From: Eledone cirrhosa
Lineage: Eukaryota
Reading direction: 5' to 3'
Assembly (NCBI GenBank): GCA_964016885.1
Contig: OZ024748.1
Span: 34,286,001 to 34,350,000 of the forward strand
DNA length: 64,000 nucleotides
Positions 50,901 through 64,000 of this stretch are shown here, one piece after another. Below the pieces are notes generated by a model. The model did no database searches and was not told the origin of the DNA. It saw only the letters and a program-made list of their open reading frames with translations. How positions within the stretch are numbered: the stretch's first letter is position 1; every line of letters starts with the position of its first letter. The position numbers were made by a program, and so were the translations under genes.

Positions 50901-52785
50901 ACACCACACCACCACACTCTCACACTCCCACATTGACACAAAACCACACCACCACACTCTCACACTCCCACATTGACACAACACCACACCACCACACTCT
51001 TACACTCCCCACTTTGACACAACACCACACCACCACACTCTTACACTCCCCACATTGACACAACACCACACCACCACACTCTTACACTCCCCACTTTGAC
51101 ACAACACCACACCACCACACTCTTACACTCCCCACTTTGACACAACACCACACCACCACACTCTTACACTCCCCACATTGACACAATACCACACCCCCAC
51201 ACTCTTACACTCCCACATTGACACAACACCACACCACCACACTCTCACACTCCCACATTGACACAACACCACACCACCACACTCTTACACTCCCCACATT
51301 GACACAACACCACACCCCCACACTCTTACCCTCCCCACATTGACACAACACCACGCCACCACACTCTCACACTCCCCACATTGACACAACACCACACCAC
51401 CACACTCTCACACTCCCATATCGACACAACACCACACCACCACACTCTTACACTCCCACATTGACACAACACCACACCACCACACTCTTACACTCCCCAC
51501 ATTGACACAACATCACACCACCACACTCTCACACTCCCCACATTGACACAACACCACACCACCACACTCTTACACTCCCACATTGACACAACACCACACC
51601 ACCACACTCTTACACTCCCACATTGACACAACACCACACGACCTCACTCTTACACTCCCACAAGAACACAACACCACACCACCACACTCTTACACTCCCA
51701 CATTGACACAACACCACACCATCGAACTCTCACACTCCCACATTGACACAACACCACACCACCACACTCTTACACTCCCACATTGACACAACACCAAACC
51801 ACCACACTCTTACACTCCCCACATTGACACAACACCACACCACCACACTCTCACACTCCCATATCGACACAACACCACACAACCACACTCTTACACTCCC
51901 CACTTTGACACAAACCACACCACCACACTCTTACACTCCCACATTGACACAACACCACACCACCACACACTTACACTCCCACAAGAACACAACACCACAC
52001 CACCACACTCTTACACTCCCACATTGACACAACACCACACGACCACACTCTTACACTCCCACAAGAACACAACACCACACCACCACACTCTTACACTCCC
52101 CACATTGACACAACACCACACGACCACCCTCTTACACTCCCACAAGAACACAACACCACACCACCACACTCTCACACTCCCATATCTACACAACACCACA
52201 CCACCACACACTTACACTCCCACATTGACACAACATCACACCACCACACTCTTACACTCCCACATTGACACAACACCACACCACCACACTCTTACACTCC
52301 CACTTTGACACAACACCACAACACCACACACATACACTCTCACATTGACGCCACACCACACCACCACACTCTTACACTCCCACATTGACACAACACCACA
52401 CCACCACACTCTTACACTCCCATAAGAAAACAACACCACACCACCACCCTCTCACACTCCCACATTGACACAACACCACACCGCCGCACTATTACACTCC
52501 CACATTGAAACAACAACACCACACTCTTATACTCCCACAGTCACACAACACCACACCACCACACTCTCACACTCCCACATTGACACAACACCACACCACC
52601 ACACTCTTACACTCCCACATTGACACAACACCACACCACCACACTCTTACACTCCCACATTGACACAACACTACACCACCACACTCTCACATTCCCACAT
52701 TGACACAACACCACACCACCACACTCTTACACTCCCACATTGACACAACACCACACCACCACACTCTCACACACCCACAAGGACA

Positions 52786-55700
52786 CAACACCACACCACC
52801 ACAACCTCACACTCCCACAAGAACACAACACCACACCACCACACTCTAACACTCCCACAAGGACACAACACCACACCACCACACTCTCACACTCCCACAT
52901 TGATACAACACTACACCACCACACTCTTACACTCCCCACATTGACACAACACTACACCACCACACTCTTACACTCCCCACATTGACACAACACCACACCA
53001 CCACACTCTTACACTCCCACATTGACACAACACTACACCACCACACTCTTACACTCCCCACATTGACACAACACCACACCACCACACTCTTACACTCCCA
53101 CATTGACACAACACTACACCACCACACTCTTACACTCCCCACATTGACACAACACCACACCACCACACTCTCACACTCCCACATTGACACAACACCACAC
53201 CACCACACTCTTACACTCCCCACTTTGACACAACAGCACACCCCCACACTCTTACACTCCCCACTTTGATACAACACCACACCACCACACTCTCACACTC
53301 CCACATTGACACAACACCACAGCACCACACTCTCACACTCCCACATTGACACAACACCACACCACCACACTCTTACACTCCCCACTTTGACACAACACCA
53401 CACCACCACACTCTTACACTCCCCACATTGACACAACACCACACCACCACACTCTTACACTCCCCACTTTGACACAACACCACACCACCACACTCTCACA
53501 CTCCCATATCGACACAACACCACACCACCACACTCTTACACTCCCACATTGACACAACACCACACCACCACACTCTTACACACCCACATTGACACAACAC
53601 CACACCACCACACTCTTACACTCCCCACATTGACACAACATCACACCACCACACTCTTACACTCCCACATTGACACAACACCACACCACCACACTCTTAC
53701 ACTCCCACATTGACACAACACCACACCACCACACTCTTACACTCCCACATTGACACAACACCACACAACCACACTCTTACACTCTCCACTTTGACACAAA
53801 CCACACCACCACACTCTTACACTCCCACATTGACACAACACCACACCACCACACACTTACACTCCCACATTGACACAACACCACACCACCACACTCTTAC
53901 ACTCCCACATTGACACAACACCACACGACCACACTCTTACACTCCCACAAGAACACAACACCACACCACCACACTCTTACACTCCCCACATTGACACAAC
54001 ACCACACGACCACACTCTTACACTCCCACAAGAACACAACACGACACCACCACACTCTCACACTCCTATATCGACACAACACCACACCACCACACACTTA
54101 TACTCCCACATTGACACAACATCACACCACCACACTCTTACACTCCCACATTGACACAACACCACACCACCACACTCTTACACTCCCACTTTGACACAAC
54201 ACCACAACACCACACACATACACTCTCACATTGACGCCACACCACACCACCACACTCTTACACTCCCACATTGACACAACACCACACCACCACACTCTTA
54301 CACTCCCATAAGAAAACAACACCACACCACCACCCTCTCACACTCCCACATTGACACAACACCACACCACCACACTCTTACACTCCCACATTGAAACAAC
54401 AACACCACACTCTTATACTCCCACAGTCACACAACACCACACCACCACACTCTCACACTCCCACATTGACACAACACCACACCACCACACTCTTACACTC
54501 CCACATTGACACAACACCACACCACCACACTCTTACACTCCCACATTGACACAACACTACACCACCACACTCTCACATTCCCACATTGCCACAACACCAC
54601 ACCACCACACTCTTACACTCCCACATTGACACAACACCACACCACCACACTCTTACACTCCCACATTGACACAACACTACACCACCACACTCTCACATTC
54701 CCACATTGACACAACACCACACCACCACACTCTTACACTCCCACATTGACACAACACCACACCACCACAACCTCACACTCCCACAAGAACACAACACCAC
54801 ACCACCACACTCTCACACTCCCATATCGACACAACACCACACCACCACACTCTTACACTCCCACATTGACACAACACCACACCACCACACTCTTACACTC
54901 CCACATTGACACAACACTACACCACCACACTCTCACATTCCCACATTGACACAACACCACACCACCACACTCTTACACTCCCACATTGACACAACACCAC
55001 ACCACCACACTCTCACACACCCACAAGGACACAACACCACACCACCACAACCTCACACTCCCACAAGAACACAACACCACACCACCACACTCTCACACTC
55101 CCATATCGACACAACACCACACCACCACACTCTTACACTCCCACATTGACACAACACCACACCACCACACTCTTACACTCCCACATTGACACAACACCAC
55201 ACCACCACACTCTCACACTCCCACATTGACACAACAACACCACACTCTTATACTCACACACTCACACAACACCACACCACCACACTCTCACACTCCCAGA
55301 TTGACACAACACCACACCACCACACTCTCACACTCCCACATTGACACAACACCACACCACTACAATCTCACACTCCCACATTGACAGAACACCACAACAC
55401 CACACTCTCACACTCCCACATTGACACAACACCACACCACCACACTCTTACACTCCCACATTGACACAACACTACACCACGACACTCTCACATTCCTACA
55501 TTGACACAACACCACACCACCACACTCTTACACTCCCACATTGACACAACACCACACCACCACAACCTCACACTCCCACAAGAACACAACACCACACCAC
55601 CACAACCTCACACTCCCACAAGAACACAACACCACACCACCACACTCTAACACTCCCACAAGGACACAACACCACACCACCACACTCTCACACTCCCACA

Positions 55701-58405
55701 TTGATACAACACTACACCACCACACTCTTACACTCCCCACATTGACACAACACTACACCACCACACTCTTACACTCCCCACATTGACACAACACCACACC
55801 ACCACACTCTTACACTCCCACATTGACACAACACTACACCACCACACTCTTACACTCCCCACATTGACACAACACCACACCACCACACTCTTACACTCCC
55901 ACATTGACACAACACTACACCACCACACTCTTACACTCCCCACATTGACACAACACCACACCACCACACTCTCACACTCCCACATTGACACAACACCACA
56001 CCACCACACTCTTACACTCCCCACTTTGACACAACAGCACACCCCCACACTCTTACACTCCCCACTTTGATACAACACCACACCACCACACTCTCACACT
56101 CCCACATTGACACAACACCACAGCACCACACTCTCACACTCCCACATTGACACAACACCACACCACCACACTCTTACACTCCCCACTTTGACACAACACC
56201 ACACCACCACACTCTTACACTCCCCACATTGACACAACACCACACCACCACACTCTTACACTCCCCACTTTGACACAACACCACACCACCACACTCTCAC
56301 ACTCCCATATCGACACAACACCACACCACCACACTCTTACACTCCCACATTGACACAACACCACACCACCACACTCTTACACACCCACATTGACACAACA
56401 CCACACCACCACACTCTTACACTCCCCACATTGACACAACATCACACCACCACACTCTTACACTCCCACATTGACACAACACCACACCACCACACTCTTA
56501 CACTCCCACATTGACACAACACCACACCACCACACTCTTACACTCCCACATTGACACAACACCACACAACCACACTCTTACACTCTCCACTTTGACACAA
56601 ACCACACCACCACACTCTTACACTCCCACATTGACACAACACCACACCACCACACACTTACACTCCCACATTGACACAACACCACACCACCACACTCTTA
56701 CACTCCCACATTGACACAACACCACACGACCACACTCTTACACTCCCACAAGAACACAACACCACACCACCACACTCTTACACTCCCCACATTGACACAA
56801 CACCACACGACCACACTCTTACACTCCCACAAGAACACAACACGACACCACCACACTCTCACACTCCTATATCGACACAACACCACACCACCACACACTT
56901 ATACTCCCACATTGACACAACATCACACCACCACACTCTTACACTCCCACATTGACACAACACCACACCACCACACTCTTACACTCCCACTTTGACACAA
57001 CACCACAACACCACACACATACACTCTCACATTGACGCCACACCACACCACCACACTCTTACACTCCCACATTGACACAACACCACACCACCACACTCTT
57101 ACACTCCCATAAGAAAACAACACCACACCACCACCCTCTCACACTCCCACATTGACACAACACCACACCACCACACTCTTACACTCCCACATTGAAACAA
57201 CAACACCACACTCTTATACTCCCACAGTCACACAACACCACACCACCACACTCTCACACTCCCACATTGACACAACACCACACCACCACACTCTTACACT
57301 CCCACATTGACACAACACCACACCACCACACTCTTACACTCCCACATTGACACAACACTACACCACCACACTCTCACATTCCCACATTGCCACAACACCA
57401 CACCACCACACTCTTACACTCCCACATTGACACAACACCACACCACCACACTCTTACACTCCCACATTGACACAACACTACACCACCACACTCTCACATT
57501 CCCACATTGACACAACACCACACCACCACACTCTTACACTCCCACATTGACACAACACCACACCACCACAACCTCACACTCCCACAAGAACACAACACCA
57601 CACCACCACACTCTCACACTCCCATATCGACACAACACCACACCACCACACTCTTACACTCCCACATTGACACAACACCACACCACCACACTCTTACACT
57701 CCCACATTGACACAACACTACACCACCACACTCTCACATTCCCACATTGACACAACACCACACCACCACACTCTTACACTCCCACATTGACACAACACCA
57801 CACCACCACACTCTCACACACCCACAAGGACACAACACCACACCACCACAACCTCAAACTCCCACAAGAACACAACACCACACCACCACACTCTCACACT
57901 CCCATATCGACACAACACCACACCACCACACTCTTACACTCCCACATTGACACAACACCACACCACCACACTCTTACACTCCCACATTGACACAACACCA
58001 CACCACCACACTCTCACACTCCCACATTGACACAACAACACCACACTCTTATACTCACACACTCACACAACACCACACCACCACACTCTCACACTCCCAG
58101 ATTGACACAACACCACACCACCACACTCTCACACTCCCACATTGACACAACACCACACCACTACAATCTCACACTCCCACATTGACAGAACACCACAACA
58201 CCACACTCTCACACTCCCACATTGACACAACACCACACCACCACACTCTTACACTCCCACATTGACACAACACTACACCACGACACTCTCACATTCCTAC
58301 ATTGACACAACACCACACCACCACACTCTTACACTCCCACATTGACACAACACCACACCACCACAACCTCACACTCCCACAAGAACACAACACCACACCA
58401 CCACA
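52786..58405 (+). repeat. Near-perfect tandem duplication, unit 2801 bp
   Basis: ORF pairs 52927/55728, 53710/56511, 54506/57307 and 54986/57787 are all offset by 2801. I noticed one substitution (ACCTCAAACT near 57855). Confidence 0.93.
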
Positions 58406-60739
58406 CTCTTACACTCCCACAAGGACACAACACCACACCACCACACTCTCACACTCCCACATTGATACAACACCACACCACCACACTCTTACACTCCCCA
58501 CATTGACACAACACTACACCACCACGCTCTTACACTCCCCACATTGACACAACACCACACCACCACACTCTTACACTCCCACATTGACACAACACTACAC
58601 CACCACACTCTTACACACCCCACATTGACACAACACTACACCACCACACTCTTACACTCCCCACATTGACACAACACCACACCACCACACTCTCACACTC
58701 CCACATTGACACAACACCACCACAATCTTACACTCCGCACATTGACACAACACCCCACCCCCACACTCTTACACTCCCACATTGACACAACACCACACCA
58801 CCACACTCTCACACTCCCACATTGACACAACACCACACCACCACACTCTTACACTCCCCACTTTGACACAACACCACACCCCCACACTCTTACACTCCCC
58901 ACATTGACACAACACCACACCACCACACTCTCACACTCCCACATTGACACAACACCACACCACCACACTCTCACACTCCCACATTGACACAACACCACAC
59001 CACCACACTCTCACACTCCCACATTGACACAACACCACACCACCACACTCTCACACTACCACATTGACACAACACCACACCACCACAAAATCACACTCCC
59101 ACATTAACACAACACCACACCACCACACTCTAACACACCCACAAGGACACAACACCACACCACCACACTCTCACACTCCCACATTGACACAACACCACAG
59201 CACCACACTCTCACACTCCCACATTGACACAACACCACACCCCCACACTCTTACACTCCCCACTTTGACACAACACCACACCACCACACTCTTACACTCC
59301 CCACATTGACACAACACCACACCACCACACTCTTACACTCCCCACTTTGACACAACACCACACCACCACACTCTTACACTCCCCACTTTGACACAACACC
59401 ACACCACCACACTCTTACACTCCCCACATTGACACAACACCACACCCCCACACTCTTACACTCCCACATTGACACAACACCACACCACCACACTCTCACA
59501 CTCCCACATTGACACAACACCACACCACCACACTCTTACACTCCCACATTGACACAACACCACACCACCACACTCTTACACTCCCCACATTGACACAACA
59601 TCACACCACCACACGCTCACACTCCCCACATTGACACAACACCACACCACCACACTCTTACACTCCCACATTGACACAACACCACACCACCACACTCTCA
59701 CACTCCCACATTGACACAACACCACACGACCTCACTCTTACACTCCCACAAGAACACAACACCACACCACCACACTCTTACACTCCCACATTGACACAAC
59801 ACCACACCATCACACTCTCACACTCCCACATTGACACAACACCACACCACCACACTCTTACACTCCCACATTGACACAACACCAAACCACCACACTCTTA
59901 CACTCCCCACATTGACACAACACCACACCACCACACTCTCACACTCCCATATCGACACAACACCACACCACCACACTCTTACACTCCCACATTGACACAA
60001 CACCACACCACCACACTCTTACACTCCCACATTGACACAACACCACACCACCACACTCTTACACTCCCCACATTGACACAACATCACACCACCACACTCT
60101 TACACTCCCACATTGACACAACACCACACCACCACACTCTTACACTCTCACATTGACACAACACCACACCACCACACTCTTACACTCCCACATTGACACA
60201 ACACCACACAACCACACTCTTACACTCCCCACTTTGACACAAACCACACCACCACACTCTTACACTCCCACATTGACACAACACCACACCACCACACACT
60301 TACACTCCCACAAGAACACAACACCACACCACCACACTCTTACACTCCCACATTGACACAACACCACACGACCACACTCTTACACTCCCACAAGAACACA
60401 ACACCACACCACCACACTCTTACACTCCCACATTGACACAACACCACACGACCACACTCTTACACTCCCACAAGAACACAACACCACACCACCACACTCT
60501 CACACTCCCATATCGACACAACACCACACCACCACACACTTACACTCCCACATTGACACAACATCACACCACCACACTCTTACACTCCCACATTGAGACA
60601 ACACCACACCACCACACTCTTACACTCCCACTTTGACACAACACCACACCACCACACTCTTACACTCCCACATTGACACAACACCACACCACCACACTCT
60701 TACACTCCCACTTCGACACAACACCACACCACCACACTC

Positions 60740-63700
60740 TTACACTCCCCACAAGGACACAACACTACACCACCACACTCTTACACTCGCACAAGGACAC
60801 AACACCACACCACCACACACTTACACTCCCACATTGACACAACACCACACCACCACACTCTTACACTCCCACTTCGACACAACACCACATCACCACACTC
60901 TTACACTCCCCACAAGGACACAACACTACACCACCACACTCTTACACTCCCCATAAGAACACAACACCACACCACCACACTCTTACACTCCCACAAGAAC
61001 ACAACACCACACCACCACACTCTCACACTCCCACATTGACACAACACCACCACACTCTTACACTCCCACATTGACACAACACCACACAACCACACTCTCA
61101 CACTCCCATATTGACACAACACCACACCACCACACTCTTACACTCCGACAAGAACACAACACCACACCACCACACTCTTACACTCCGACAAGAACACAAC
61201 ACCACACCACCACACTCTTACACTCCCACAAGAACACAACACCACACCACCACACTCTTACACTCCGACAAGAACACAACACCACACCACCACACTCTTA
61301 CACTGCCACATTGACACAACACCACACCACCACACTCTCACACACCCACAAGAACACAACACCACACCACCACACTCTTACACTCCGACAAGAACACAAC
61401 ACCACACCACCACACTCTCACACTCCCACAAGAACACAACACCACACCACCACACTCTTACACTCCTACATTGACACAACACCACACCACCACACTCTTA
61501 CACTCCCACATTGACACAACACCACACCACCACACTCTTACACTCCCACATTGACACAACACTACACCACCACACTCTTACACTCCCACATTGACACAAC
61601 ACCACACCACCACACTCTTACACTCCCACATTGACACATCACCACACCACCACACTCTTACACTCCCACAAGGACACAACACCACACCACCACACTCTTA
61701 CACTCCGACAAGAACACAACACCACACCACCACACTCTTACACTCCCAACAAGGACACAACACTACACCACCACACTCTCACACTCCCACAAGAACACAA
61801 CACCACACCACCATACACTTACACTCCTACAAGAACACAACACCACACCACCACACTCTTACACTCCCACATTGACACAACACCACACCACCACACTCTT
61901 ACACTCCCACATTGACACAACACTACACCGCCACACTCTCACACTCCCACATTGACACAACACCACACCACCACACTCTTACACTCCCCACATTGACACA
62001 ACACCACACCACCACACTCTCACACTCACACATTGACACACACCACACCACCACACTCTTACACTCCCACATTGACACAACACCACACCACCACACTCTT
62101 ACACTCCCACATTGACACAACACCACACCACCACACTCTTACACTCCCACGCTGACACAACACTACACCACCACACTCTTACACTCCGACAAGAACACAA
62201 CACCACACCACCACACTCTTACACTCCCACAAGAACACAACACCACACCACCACACACTTACACTCCTACAAGAACACAACACCACACCACCACACTCTT
62301 ACACTCCCACATTGACACAACACCACACCACCACACTCTTACACTCCCACAAGGACACAACACCACACCACCACACTCTTACACGCCCACAAGAACACAA
62401 CACCACACCACCACACTCTTACACTCCCTCATTGACACAACACCACACCACCACACTCTTACATTCCCACATTGACACAACACCACACCACCACACTCTT
62501 ACACTCCCACAAGGACACAACACCACACCACCACACTCTTACACGCCCACAAGAACACAACACCACACCACCACACTCTTACACTCCCACAAGGACACAA
62601 CACCACACCACCACACTCTACGACTCCCACAAGGACACAACACCACACCACCACACTCTCACACTCCCACATTGACACGACACCACACCACCACACTCTT
62701 ACACGCCCACATTGACACAACACCATACCACCACACTCTTACACTCCCACATTGACACAACACCACACCACCACACTCTTACACTCCGACAAGAACACAA
62801 CACCACACCACCACACTTTTACACTCCCAACAAGGACACAACACTACACCACCACACTCTCACACTCCCACAAGAACACAACACCACACCACCACACACT
62901 TACATTCCTACAAGGACACAACACCACACCACCACACTCTTACACTCCTACATTGACACAACACCACACCACCATACTCTCACACTCCCACATTGACACA
63001 ACACCACACCACCACACTCTCACACTCCCACATTGACACAACACCACACCACCACACTATAACACTCCCACATTGACACAACACCACACCACCACACTCT
63101 TACACTCCTACATTGACACAACACCACCACAATCTTACACTCCGCACATTGACACAACACCCCACCCCCACACTCTTACACTCCCACATTGACACAACAC
63201 CACACAACCACACTCTCACACTCCCATATTGACACAACACCACACCACCGCACTCTTACACTCCGACAAGAACACAACACCACACCACCACACTCTCACA
63301 CTCCCCACATTGACACAACACCACACCACCACACTCTTACACTCCGACAAGAACACAACACCACACCACCACACTCTTACACTCCCACAAGAACACAACA
63401 CCATACCACCACACTCTTACACTCCGACAAGAACACAACACCACACCACCACACTCTTACACTCCCACATTGACACAACACCACACCACTACACTCTTAC
63501 ACTCCCACATTGACACAACACCACACCACCACACTCTTACACTCCCACATTGACACAACACTACACCACCACACTCTTACACTCCGACAAGAACACAACA
63601 CCACACCACCACACTCTCACACTCCCACAAGAACACAACACCACACCACCACACTCTTACACTCCTACATTGACACAACACCACACCACCACACTCTTAC

Positions 63701-64000
63701 ACTCCCACATTGACACAACACCACACCACCACACTCTTACACTCCCACATTGACACAACACTACACCACCACACTCTTACACTCCCACATTGACACAACA
63801 CCACACCACCACACTCTTACACTCCCACATTGACACAACACCACACCACCACACTCTTACACTCCCACAAGGACACAACACCACACCACCACACTCTTAC
63901 ACTCCGACAAGAACACAACACCACACCACCACACTCTTACACTCCCAACAAGGACACAACACTACACCACCACACTCTCACACTCCCACAAGAACACAAC
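60740..64000 (+). repeat. Monomer subfamily domain F, copy 4 (truncated by the window end)
   Basis: ORFs 61071, 61591, 62312 and 63189 match 42191, 42711, 43433 and 44310 at an offset of about 18880. Confidence 0.85.

Larger units (their letters stand above)
1..64000 (+). repeat. Tandem satellite/minisatellite array, 40-41 bp monomer (ATTGACACAACACCACACCACCACACTCTYACACTCCC[C]AC), about 1,600 copies, single orientation, running off both window ends
   Basis: The monomer is directly visible on every line of the window. TTGACACAACACCACACC or a variant recurs every 40-41 bp. No non-repeat sequence was seen. Confidence 0.99.

Noticed and set aside
101-63753. Hundreds of short His/Thr/Pro-rich (+) and Val/Cys/Trp/Gly-rich (-) ORFs
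   Set aside because: They are translations of the repeat. The 40-bp unit shifts frame each copy, and ORFs persist only where 40+41 dimers or AAG alleles bypass the TGA (+) or TAA/TGA (-) stops. Plus-strand starts are the repeat's TTG. None exceeds 161 aa, and there is no domain or frame preservation.
1-64000. CRISPR array or other spacer-acquiring array
   Set aside because: There are no unique spacers between repeats. The variable slot has only a small reused allele set, the repeat is not palindromic, and no leader or cas genes are in the window.
1-64000. Directly telomerase-synthesised repeat
   Set aside because: Rare variants are propagated in kb-scale blocks, which indicates recombinational or replicative duplication rather than repeated copying from a single RNA template. 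A 40-bp unit is also longer than the roughly 25-bp yeast telomeric units I know. A telomeric location itself is not excluded.
1-64000. Chi-like recombination sites (TGGTGG on the - strand)
   Set aside because: The context is TGTGGTGG, which matches neither E. coli GCTGGTGG nor H. influenzae GNTGGTGG. The partial match is expected in GT-rich DNA.
1-64000. Fixed-length higher-order repeat like alpha satellite
   Set aside because: Duplication offsets are heterogeneous (2249, 2801, about 3000-3078, 3218, 4253, about 4336, 5176 and 5529 bp), with no single HOR period.
1-64000. Synthetic or rolling-circle/sequencing concatemer artefact for the whole array
   Set aside because: Variants are inherited in nested, collinear blocks with a consistent history, which random sequencing error or amplification of one small circle would not produce.
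1-64000. Embedded transposon, tRNA/rRNA, inverted segment or terminator hairpin
   Set aside because: I saw no non-repeat or G/T-rich segment on the + strand, and the near absence of G precludes stable stems.

Overview
The entire 64 kb window is one uninterrupted, head-to-tail tandem array of roughly 1,600 monomers of 40/41 bp. The consensus is ATTGACACAACACCACACCACCACACTCT(T/C)ACACTCCC(C)AC; the 40-bp TCTT form has 19 C, 14 A, 6 T and 1 G on the + strand. I saw no unique sequence, inversion, insertion element, RNA gene or credible protein-coding gene, and every ORF in the track is a by-product of the repeat. The array is structured at several scales. (i) The 40-mer is five 8-bp subunits that all start with ACA. 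(ii) Variant monomers form recurrent multi-monomer cassettes. (iii) Cassettes are copied in irregular 2.2-5.5 kb duplications. (iv) About 45.9-64 kb re-runs the cassette order of about 10.9-45.2 kb, which suggests a super-repeat of tens of kb. The array most resembles a eukaryotic satellite or long minisatellite with telomere-like C/A versus G/T strand bias, but the organism and function cannot be determined from this sequence. Duplication boundaries are approximate and were read by eye from rare variants and ORF-track offsets.
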